Shown here piece by piece: positions 1 to 8,448 of a stretch of DNA of 64,000 bases; the first letter of the stretch is position 1; each line of letters starts with the position of its first letter. The translations under genes were made by a program, and so were the position numbers. Source of the DNA: Spirochaetota bacterium (GTDB lineage Bacteria; Spirochaetota; UBA4802; UBA5550); the NCBI GenBank assembly GCA_963664815.2, contig CAXXHB010000003.1, positions 320,001-384,000 on the forward strand. Reading direction: 5' to 3'. The notes under the pieces were generated by a model. It saw only the letters and a list, made by a program, of their open reading frames with translations. It made no database searches and was not told the origin of the DNA.

Positions 1-43
1 ACCCGGGCTTTCTTTATATTCAGTATTTTAATATTCAGTCAGC

Positions 44-1303
44 TCAGTACCTGATATTGTTCCTCCCTGACTCCTTGGCATTGTACATAAGCTGGTCCGC
101 TTTCTTGATAAGCATTTCAAGGTTGCCTGTATATTCAGCGGCACCGCCGCTTACTGTTACTTTTATTTCATCTTTGCTGAACCTTAATGCTTCAATTCCT
201 GTGCGGATACGTTCAGCAACAGCTTTTACGCCCGAAATATGAACCTCCGGTAAAATGACCATATACTCCTCGCCGCCATAGCGACCCGCGATGTCAACTG
301 AACGTATTGACATTTTGATGACATTACCTACAATTTTAAGAACTTCATCACCAAATTGGTGACCGTATGTATCATTTATCTTCTTAAAACAGTCGATATC
401 AAGCATAAGTAGTGAAAATATGGTTCCATATCTCTCGGCCTTCTCAACTTCGTGGTTAAGCCTGTCGTAAATGTACCCACGGTTATAAAGTCCGGTGAGT
501 GCATCTGTAACGGCCATCTTTTCAAGTTCAACAGTTTTCTGCCTGACCTCCTGGAAAAGCAGGTAACCTCTTATATTTGTTTTGATTCTTGCCATGAAAA
601 GATCATAATTGAAAGGTTTGGTAATAAAATCATTGGCACCGATGGATAGTATCCGTGAAATAGTTTTTGTATTATCAATGCCCGAAATTGCGATAATAAC
701 ACTATCCGGGTCATCCTCTCTCAGTTTAAGTATAACCTTATCGCCTGATGTATCCTGAAGTACAAAGTCAACCAGGTACAGGTCGTATTTTTTGCCAGAC
801 TCGAGCAGAGCATGCCCGGAATCGTAATAATCGGCATTTTTTATATCATGAAGTGAAAATATTCTCTCAATTAATGTGCGGTCAACTTTGCTGTCATCCA
901 CAACAGCGTATGCAAGATCCCGCATTCTGGTAAGAAGGATGTCCTCTTTTCTGAAAGCGAGAAGACTCTGTTTGATAGCGTCTATTCCGGAAATCTTCAG
1001 GATATAGTCAACTATGCCAAGCTCATACATCTTCATCCTGTCTTCCAGGGAATCATTTCCTGTTACAACAACTACCGGGATTTCATTGTAGGGAGATATA
1101 TTCAGATCTTTGATAAACTGTTCCGATGGACCTGTCTCAAGCTCCATGGCTGTGAGTATGAGGTTAACTTTGTTCGCTTTAAGCAGGTTAAAAGCTTCAT
1201 CAGCACCGGAAGCTCCCAGATAATCGGCATTTATCTCATTGCAGAGCTCCTTTACTATTGTTTTGTATAACATTCCTGTTTCAAGATGAAGTATAGTGTA
1301 CAT
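44..1303 (-). CDS. Response-regulator diguanylate cyclase (pseudo-REC + REC + GGDEF)
   Basis: TDALTGLYNR, DIDCFKKINDTYGH, RSVD I-site five residues before GGEEY; second REC has VVDD...LVD...KPF; first REC lacks the acidic residues. Confidence 0.92.
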   Translation of the reverse strand: MYTILHLETGMLYKTIVKELCNEINADYLGASGADEAFNLLKANKVNLILTAMELETGPSEQFIKDLNISPYNEIPVVVVTGNDSLEDRMKMYELGIVDYILKISGIDAIKQSLLAFRKEDILLTRMRDLAYAVVDDSKVDRTLIERIFSLHDIKNADYYDSGHALLESGKKYDLYLVDFVLQDTSGDKVILKLREDDPDSVIIAISGIDNTKTISRILSIGANDFITKPFNYDLFMARIKTNIRGYLLFQEVRQKTVELEKMAVTDALTGLYNRGYIYDRLNHEVEKAERYGTIFSLLMLDIDCFKKINDTYGHQFGDEVLKIVGNVIKMSIRSVDIAGRYGGEEYMVILPEVHISGVKAVAERIRTGIEALRFSKDEIKVTVSGGAAEYTGNLEMLIKKADQLMYNAKESGRNNIRY

Positions 1304-1629
1304 TATTGTTCCCCTGATTTTTTACAGTATTCCTATTCTGTCGTTTGAGGAAATAATAGGAATATAATTATTCGGGGTTATAAAATCAACCATTTTCAGA
1401 ATTTTCTGAATGTGGAAATATATGAAGGTTGTTTTGATATGTTTTCCGGCAGTAGTATCTGAAATAAAGAGGATACAGGATCAATACGGCAGTAAATAGA
1501 ATAAATCTGTTAACCAATGACCCGTTGATCAGGGCATCGGGGTTTTTCCGGATAGCTCTGGAAGCAGCCAATGCCTTGGATGTGAAGATAACTGCTTAAA
1601 TGAGAAAACCAGAAAAGATCTGGATTAGA

Positions 1630-2646
1630 TCAGATTAAGCCGGAAGGTTTTTTCATTCTTGCAAGAACTTTATCAACAGCCTCGCGAACAATTTTTTTCT
1701 TGTCTTTTCCCATTTTTTCAATGGCTTCCAAGGCACGCTTTCCCCCTATCTTTTCGAGTGTATTTAAAGCTTCAATACGTACTTCAGGGAACCTGTCATA
1801 AAGAAGGTTTTCCACAAAGTCAATAGAGGATTGGTGTTTGAAAATTGCTATTGATTTCAATGCCTCAACGCGGATTACCCTGTACCTGTCATGGGCGGCA
1901 GTATATAAAATAGAGAGAGCATTCTGAATGCTTTCCTGTTTTATTCCCAGAACTGCTCTTTCGTAAACCGGCTCATTTCCGCTTCCATCATCTTTAACTA
2001 ATGGAGTGTCAAGCACTCTGTATGTACGATCGCTGTGTATTGCGGCGATATATGTCCGGACAGCAGCCAGGACTTTCAGGTTTTTATCTGCAAGAAGTTT
2101 TATCAGGTAATCAACACTTTCATATCTGTCAATATTATAAAGCGCTTTTGCCGCGAGAAGTCGCGCTTTGTACTGTTTTTCATCCAGCATATCGCCAAGA
2201 TATGGTATTAACTGTTTGTTTTTTACTGCGTTAGCGGTTGTTATAGCCTGCAGTCTCACAAGGACACTGCTATCGGCAAGTCCGATAATAATAATCTGTA
2301 AAACTGTGACATCTGTTGTAGGCCCGTTATCGGCTATAAATCGTAGAAGTTCGAGTTTGCTTTTCTGAGAACCTTCCTTTATTATCTTAATGAGATTTTC
2401 AGAGATTGACGGATCTCCCAGTACTGCAAACCGTAAAGTCGCCATAGTTTTTATCCATGGATCAGGGTCACTATACATCAGGCTTTTCAGTCTGTCTTTT
2501 AGATCATCACTGAGATCCGTTTTGCTTGCAAGGGCTGCGAATGCGCTGTAGCGAACACCAGCATCTTTATGATCCAGCAACCTCACCAGTTCTTTTATTC
2601 TGTTATTTTTTTTCAGTTTATAAATATCCGGTGTAAAAAGTCCCAT
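1630..2646 (-). CDS. HEAT/PBS-lyase-like repeat protein
   Basis: Repeated L.D....VR..A..AL units (LLDHKDAGVRYSAFAAL, LADSSVLVRLQAI, LYDRFPEVRIEALNTL); GGGGA RBS upstream. Confidence 0.85.
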   Translation of the reverse strand: MGLFTPDIYKLKKNNRIKELVRLLDHKDAGVRYSAFAALASKTDLSDDLKDRLKSLMYSDPDPWIKTMATLRFAVLGDPSISENLIKIIKEGSQKSKLELLRFIADNGPTTDVTVLQIIIIGLADSSVLVRLQAITTANAVKNKQLIPYLGDMLDEKQYKARLLAAKALYNIDRYESVDYLIKLLADKNLKVLAAVRTYIAAIHSDRTYRVLDTPLVKDDGSGNEPVYERAVLGIKQESIQNALSILYTAAHDRYRVIRVEALKSIAIFKHQSSIDFVENLLYDRFPEVRIEALNTLEKIGGKRALEAIEKMGKDKKKIVREAVDKVLARMKKPSGLI

Positions 2647-2916
2647 TTTATAATTCCCCTGTCAGACTTGTTTTGTATTTTTATTTTTTTGCTTTCCTCG
2701 GGATAATCTGTTTATTCATAATCACATTGTCAAGGTTTTCTGATGATCTATAAATAATCAAATATTGTGTAAATTTCAATCTGGGAAATTCTTAAATTGA
2801 CTATATGTTAAATTTAACTTCTTAAAACAATAAAACAGGATATGGAAAAAACGATACAAATACAGTAAAAGAGAGAGACTTATCTGCCGAAACGGTGTTT
2901 CAGAAGTATGAAGACC

Positions 2917-3037
2917 CTGTTAAAAACCGTTTCAATACCGTTTCAACTCCGTTACCGACAGAGAAAAACACGCGTTTTTAACTGTCAGCAGCGTGTTTGA
3001 GACGGAATTGAAGCGAAATTGAATACTCTGTAAACAG
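2917..3037. repeat. Long imperfect inverted repeat in intergenic region (candidate structured RNA or MITE-like element)
   Basis: 2931-2952 TTCAATACCGTTTCAACTCCGT vs 3002-3023 ACGGAATTGAAGCGAAATTGAA (18/22 Watson-Crick complementary); inner AAACACGC/GCGTGTTT; outer CTGTT/AACAG. Confidence 0.55.
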
Positions 3038-3296
3038 ATTGTGATATTTGTCGTAAATCTGCAGCGGTATTGATCATACACCTGTTGATGCACAACGTGG
3101 AGTACGCTGGTGTACGATACCTCTATCCGAAGTAAATCCCGGTAATCCTTAAATCCTGTAATTCTGTTCAGAATAAAAGATATAACAGGTTTAAGTATGG
3201 AACTGGTTTCTTCGTTGCGATCCCACCAGTTTAAATACGGGGGCGGTTGTCAGCCCTGTAACCGCTTTAAAAATAAAGTCCAAAAGAACTCTGTTA

Positions 3297-3321
3297 ATCA
3301 TAAAAAGATAATTTTTATGAT
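3297..3321. promoter_or_regulatory. Perfect 10-bp inverted repeat (possible operator)
   Basis: ATCATAAAAA-GATAA-TTTTTATGAT about 70 nt upstream of the promoter at 3389. Confidence 0.35.
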
Positions 3322-3388
3322 ACCCATATATGAATTAGATCCCGTACGTATAATTCGGGTTTTAGTTTCTTAACGATTGTACATTTTT

Positions 3389-3417
3389 TTGACAATAGTT
3401 AAAAAAGGGATTAAATT
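3389..3417 (+). promoter_or_regulatory. sigma70-type promoter
   Basis: TTGACA-17 nt-TAAATT upstream of ORF 3472. Confidence 0.55.
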
Positions 3418-3471
3418 ACCATATTCAGTATTTTGTATAAATAGCTCAGGTTTACCGGGGGAAATTTTTTT

Positions 3472-4563
3472 ATGCTCAGGCAGATGAGAAAACTGTTTAA
3501 AACAATAATAATTAATTCTTTAAATACGCAGCAGGTTAATTATCTCGGGGTACTTTACGACAGCTCTTTTGATCTCAATCGTGAATCCGGTTTCACTTCA
3601 TCAACTCCAATACCAAGACAATCTGCAGCTGAGATATTGCTTTACCGTTTTAAGGAGGAGCTGGATCTTGTTCATCTTTTTTCGATATTACTCCGTTATG
3701 AAGGTCAGCGTTTTTATAACAGGGACCTGATAATATGGGGCAAAGAGGATTTCTGTGTTATGCTTAAACGTCAGAAATGGGTATATGACCACGATCTTAA
3801 AATATTTTTCCGGGATTCTTTCTATGAGCATGAAATTAATTTCCTGAATAAAATACATATTATTGATCTGCGCACTGATATAGATATTGATGATCTTATA
3901 AAAAATATCACAGCTATAAGTAAAAAAATGAGTATCCTGGATCTGGAGTGGAGGATTACCGTAAGGCTTTATGACCTGGAACCAGATATAGGTGAACTCA
4001 TAAGAAGGATAATTGAGCTTCTACTTTCACGGCAGAATCTTCAGTCATTTACCGGCGAGCTTTTTTTCTGTTTCAAAGAACTTGCGATAAATGCGAGCAA
4101 GGCAAATTATAAACTGCTTTTTCAGAAGTATGTAGCAGATAAGCATGGATTTACTCCCGAGGAGGATTACAGGAAATTTCTTGAATTATTCAGGTCGGAA
4201 ATAGAGGAAAATGGTAATAGAAATCTGCTGGAGTGGGCAAAGAAGGATGATCGTTACTATACAATAACGTTTCAATCGTCAATCGAATCAATTGAAATAT
4301 GGGTCACAAATACGCAGAATATTACTTTGATTGAGAAGGAGCAGATACTCAAGAAACTTTCACCGGAAGATCTCGACAATGACAGTTTTTTTATTGATGA
4401 TGAAAATACTGAAGGGGCAGGACTCGGTCTTACTATGATAGTAAATATATTGACAAAATATTCATCGGATTCCAATCCTCTGAAAGTTGTTTTCTACCCG
4501 GATTTTGTAAAAATCGGTTTTGAATTAAAGCGTCAGGAAATAAAACAGAATCCGGGATCCTGA
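3472..4563 (+). CDS. Hypothetical protein with C-terminal HATPase_c-like (anti-sigma/kinase-like) domain
   Basis: N-box-like FKELAINASKAN and G2-box-like EGAGLGLTMI; no HisKA His box visible. Confidence 0.6.
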   Translation: MLRQMRKLFKTIIINSLNTQQVNYLGVLYDSSFDLNRESGFTSSTPIPRQSAAEILLYRFKEELDLVHLFSILLRYEGQRFYNRDLIIWGKEDFCVMLKRQKWVYDHDLKIFFRDSFYEHEINFLNKIHIIDLRTDIDIDDLIKNITAISKKMSILDLEWRITVRLYDLEPDIGELIRRIIELLLSRQNLQSFTGELFFCFKELAINASKANYKLLFQKYVADKHGFTPEEDYRKFLELFRSEIEENGNRNLLEWAKKDDRYYTITFQSSIESIEIWVTNTQNITLIEKEQILKKLSPEDLDNDSFFIDDENTEGAGLGLTMIVNILTKYSSDSNPLKVVFYPDFVKIGFELKRQEIKQNPGS

Positions 4564-4680
4564 TAACCGGGATTAAAAGAGATAAAATTCTTTACTTTCT
4601 TTATTCAACATCTTCCATGGAATATCTGTCTGTTATTATAGCGGTTAAATAATTAAAAACAGTTGATGCAGGAGTTAGTA

Positions 4681-5598
4681 ATGAAAAGAATCAGTAAAGT
4701 ATATATTTCCGGACTTGGAGCAGTTGGCGGGAGTTATGGCAGCAGGATTTTTGACACCTTTCCCGAAAGCCTGTCTGTCATTGCTGATAAAGAACGCATA
4801 GCCCGTTATGCAAAAACAGGGATCAAGGTTAATGGCAGAAACTATTCCTTTAACTACATCTCTCCTGATGATGACGCCGGGAAGGCTGACCTTCTGATAA
4901 TAGCAGTAAAACAGCATCAGCTTGAGCAATCAATTATTGAAATAGAAAATTTTGTAGGCGAGGATACAATTATTCTATCATTGCTTAACGGCATTGTAAG
5001 TGAAGAAATGATTTCTGAGAAATATGGAATGGAAAAAATACTTCATTCATTTGCTGTAGGAATTGATGCAGTCCGTGATGGAGCGGAGATAAGATTCAGC
5101 AGCATAGGGAAAATTGTTTTCGGTACAAAAGATGAAAGTGGGGAGACAAAGGTTAATTCGGTAAAGGACTTTTTTGACAGAACAGAAATTCCATATAACG
5201 TTCCAGATGATATTATTCGTGAACTCTGGTGGAAGTTTATGATGAATGTGGGGATAAATCAGATATCTGCTGTTTTGAAAGCAAACTATGGGGTATTCCA
5301 GAATATTAATGAGGCGCGCGAATTGATGGAGATGGCATCGTTTGAGGTTGTTGCCATTGCTGAAAAAGCTGGTATCAGTTTAAAAATGGAAGATATAGCA
5401 AAATATATTGCAGTTGCAGATACCCTCTCTTCCGAAGGTAAAACTTCAATGCTTCAGGATATCGAGAAGGGTAGAAAAACTGAGGTCGATATATTTTCGG
5501 GTACAGTTATAGAAATGGGTAAAAAATACGGGATTGATACTCCTGTAAATAGTATTTTATTCAGAATGATTAAAACTCTTGAAAAGATGAATAGTTAA
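4681..5598 (+). CDS. panE: 2-dehydropantoate 2-reductase (ketopantoate reductase)
   Basis: GLGAVGG Rossmann motif, AVK, LLNG, WWKFMMN, SMLQD...GRKTE; AGGAG before ATG 4681. Confidence 0.9.
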   Translation: MKRISKVYISGLGAVGGSYGSRIFDTFPESLSVIADKERIARYAKTGIKVNGRNYSFNYISPDDDAGKADLLIIAVKQHQLEQSIIEIENFVGEDTIILSLLNGIVSEEMISEKYGMEKILHSFAVGIDAVRDGAEIRFSSIGKIVFGTKDESGETKVNSVKDFFDRTEIPYNVPDDIIRELWWKFMMNVGINQISAVLKANYGVFQNINEARELMEMASFEVVAIAEKAGISLKMEDIAKYIAVADTLSSEGKTSMLQDIEKGRKTEVDIFSGTVIEMGKKYGIDTPVNSILFRMIKTLEKMNS

Positions 5599-6180
5599 AT
5601 CACAGTGTTTAATTGTATAAAAATCTAAGCATAACAAAGTTGGTGTTTTCACTATTGTGATCAGTTCTGATAATCGGGTTATTCAAGGTATTATACACAG
5701 CTAATCTTGAGTAAAACAAAAGCGGTTGATTGTTTATGATATTCAAGAGGCTGCTGTATAATAATTTTCTGTCGGATGAATTTTGAATAACATTGATTGA
5801 AACAGAAATTATTCATATTACGAAATTGTTAAATAATCACATACCTGTATTCATTGTATGAACGGCACTACAGGCTTTATGCAGATAGAACTTTCATAAA
5901 TGTGCTATTTAGTTATTAAATTTTTCTGAGGGAATTAATATTTTTAATTTTAACATTCATGTAATATAACAACTGTTTTTCTGCTTGCCAATTATTGTAA
6001 AGATACATTTATTATTTTGTAATGACTGACTTGATCAGTTTAATATTAAATATTTGTTAATTAATTATTCTCCGGGATAATTGTTAAACAAAAATTTGAC
6101 ATAAGTAATAATAGAAATTTTTATGGCTTATTGATAAGAAAAATTTAGATCTAAATTATTTGAGTGAAAGGAGATTAGAT

Positions 6181-8349
6181 ATGAGAACTAATGAGTATGT
6201 TGCCTCTCAACTGCGAAAAGTGTCTGAAGAAAAAAAAGAGAGAAAGCCTGTTTCAACTTTTTTCGGCGAATATACTTTTAACAAAGGTGTAATGCAGGAG
6301 AAACTTCCAAGATCAATATTCATGAAGCTGATGTCATGCATTGAAGAAAACACAAAACTTGATATTGATACAGCGAATGCAGTAGCACATGCGATGAAAG
6401 AATGGGCGATGGATAACGGGGCAACCCACTTTGCTCACTGGTTTCAGCCAATGACCGGAGCAACTGCAGAAAAACATGATGCCTTTATTGAGTTTTCCGG
6501 GACACATGAAGTAATTGAAAGATTTTCCGGATCACAGCTTGTTCAGAGCGAACCTGATGCATCAAGCTTTCCGAGCGGCGGAATCCGTGCAACTTTTGAA
6601 GCACGCGGTTACACGGCATGGGACATGTCAAGTCCGGCATTTCTGAGGAAAAATGGCCTTGGGATAACGCTATGTATTCCTTCAGCCTATATCTCATACA
6701 CCGGGGAAGCTCTTGATAAAAAAACTCCGCTTTTAAGATCCGCAAGGGCAGTAAATACAAGTTCAATAAGGATGCTTCGTCTTTTGGGGAATGACCATTC
6801 TAAAAAAGTAGTATCAAATCTCGGTCCTGAACAGGAATATTTTCTGATAGACAGAAGTTTCTATATAAAAAGACAGGATCTTATACTTACCGGGAGAACT
6901 TTGCTTGGAGCTGCACCCGCAAAGGGACAGGAGCTTGAAGACCAGTACTTTGGGAGTATAAAAGAAAGAATACAGTCATTTATGCATGACTTTGATGAGG
7001 AATTATTCAAGCTCGGAATCCCTGCTAAAACACGTCACAATGAAGTAGCACCTGCTCAATTTGAAATTGCACCGATCTTTGAAGAGGCAAATCTTGCTGT
7101 AGACCATAACCAGCTGCTTATGGATACGATGAAAAAAGTGGCGCGAAGACACAACCTTGCTGCGCTTTTGCACGAAAAACCTTTTGCGGGGATTAATGGT
7201 TCAGGAAAACACGTCAACTGGTCTATAGGCACCGATGATGGTATAAACCTTCTTAATCCTGGTAAAACACCGACTGAAAACATACAGTTTCTTGTTTTCC
7301 TTATAGCTGTACTTAAAGCAGTTTTTAAACACAGTGATGTTTTAAGAGCAACTGTTGCCACAACAGGTAACGAGCACAGGCTGGGAGCTAATGAAGCGCC
7401 GCCGGCGATTATTTCTGTGTTTCTTGGCGAGCAGCTTGAAAAAATTCTCAACTCAATCGAAAAAGGTGAAATTCTTAAAGATACAGATGCGGCTCTTATA
7501 GATCTCGGGCTTGCCTCATTACCTGTTGTTAATAAGGATAATACTGACAGAAACAGAACTTCACCATTCGCTTTTACAGGAAATAAATTTGAATTCAGAG
7601 CAGTAGGTTCATCCCAGTCAATATCGCTTCCGGCTGCTGTTATCAATATGATCGTTGCGGAAAGTCTTGATGAACTTTCTGATAAAATTGAGAAATCAGG
7701 TAAAGGTGATCTGAAGAAGACTATAATGGATTTGATCAGGGAAGAGATTAAAGAGATTAAGCCGATAGTATTCGGCGGTGATAACTACTCAGCTGAATGG
7801 TACAAAGAAGCTGAAAGAAGGGGCCTGCCTAACCATAAAACGACTCCCGAATCTTTAAAATCATTTAATACAGACAAAGCAAAAAAACTCTTTGATAAAT
7901 ATAAGGTCCTCTCAAATGTGGAACTATATTCGAGATATCATATACATCTTGAAAACTATATTAAAAAAATAGAGATTGAATCAAGAGCTTTTTACAGCAT
8001 TGTTACATCTCAGGTTATTCCTGCTGCATATAAATTTCAGAATGAGATTGCCGGATCCATTAAAAACACAATGGGGCTGGTAGATGACAGTATACTGAAA
8101 CCGCAGAAAGATCTTCTTCTCAGGGTCAGCACACTAATTGGGAAGATACAGAATGGAATGAATGAACAGATCCAGTTGAGTGAAAATGCAAAGAAGATTG
8201 AAAATGAACAGGAAAAAGCTGAATTTTATTGTGAAAAAGTAAAAGTCACAATGGATGTAAACCGTCTGCTGGTTGATGAACTTGAAACAATTATGGATGA
8301 CGACATCTGGCCTATACCGAAATTCTGGGAGATGCTTTTTATCTGTTAG
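6181..8349 (+). CDS. Glutamine synthetase type III (GlnN-type)
   Basis: ATHFAHWFQP, EPDASSFPSGG, GPEQEYF, HNEVAPAQFE, LHEKPFAGINGSGKH, HRLGANEAPP, DRNRTSPFAFTGNKFEFR; AGGAG before ATG 6181. Confidence 0.96.
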   Translation: MRTNEYVASQLRKVSEEKKERKPVSTFFGEYTFNKGVMQEKLPRSIFMKLMSCIEENTKLDIDTANAVAHAMKEWAMDNGATHFAHWFQPMTGATAEKHDAFIEFSGTHEVIERFSGSQLVQSEPDASSFPSGGIRATFEARGYTAWDMSSPAFLRKNGLGITLCIPSAYISYTGEALDKKTPLLRSARAVNTSSIRMLRLLGNDHSKKVVSNLGPEQEYFLIDRSFYIKRQDLILTGRTLLGAAPAKGQELEDQYFGSIKERIQSFMHDFDEELFKLGIPAKTRHNEVAPAQFEIAPIFEEANLAVDHNQLLMDTMKKVARRHNLAALLHEKPFAGINGSGKHVNWSIGTDDGINLLNPGKTPTENIQFLVFLIAVLKAVFKHSDVLRATVATTGNEHRLGANEAPPAIISVFLGEQLEKILNSIEKGEILKDTDAALIDLGLASLPVVNKDNTDRNRTSPFAFTGNKFEFRAVGSSQSISLPAAVINMIVAESLDELSDKIEKSGKGDLKKTIMDLIREEIKEIKPIVFGGDNYSAEWYKEAERRGLPNHKTTPESLKSFNTDKAKKLFDKYKVLSNVELYSRYHIHLENYIKKIEIESRAFYSIVTSQVIPAAYKFQNEIAGSIKNTMGLVDDSILKPQKDLLLRVSTLIGKIQNGMNEQIQLSENAKKIENEQEKAEFYCEKVKVTMDVNRLLVDELETIMDDDIWPIPKFWEMLFIC

Positions 8350-8401
8350 TCTCTGGAATTTCCTTTAATTAGTTACTTTTAAATTACTCCCGGCTTTGTC
8401 G

Positions 8402-8432
8402 CGCCCCTCTCTTTTTTCAAAGAGAAGGGGCG
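8402..8432. terminator. GC-rich hairpin between convergent genes (terminator or REP-like element)
   Basis: CGCCCCTCTCTTT-TTTC-AAAGAGAAGGGGCG. Confidence 0.55.
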
Positions 8433-8448
8433 GGGATAAGCAGAAGGA

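Noticed and set aside
1386-1571. 61-aa intergenic ORF
   Set aside because: TTG start, no RBS, no recognisable motif.
2929-3025. GTTTCAAT... and ...ATTGAA motifs resembling CRISPR repeat ends
   Set aside because: They form an inverted pair and an 11-nt tandem, not 28-37-nt direct repeats with spacers; no cas genes in the window.
3215-3265. CGATCCCACCA followed by GGGGGCG, reminiscent of a permuted tmRNA or tRNA acceptor end
   Set aside because: No G3-U70 pair, a mismatch in the acceptor stem, no TTCRA T-loop and no recognisable tag reading frame.
5600-6160. Long AT-rich region upstream of GSIII searched for sigma54, GlnR/TnrA and NtcA sites
   Set aside because: CGGCAC at 5863 lacks a GC at the -12 spacing; no convincing TGTNA-N7-TNACA site; other matches are expected by chance at this AT content.
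7056-7646. Long antisense ORFs such as this 196-aa frame (also 26279-26821, 49266-49772, 59572-60033)
   Set aside because: Shadow frames opposite well-supported genes.
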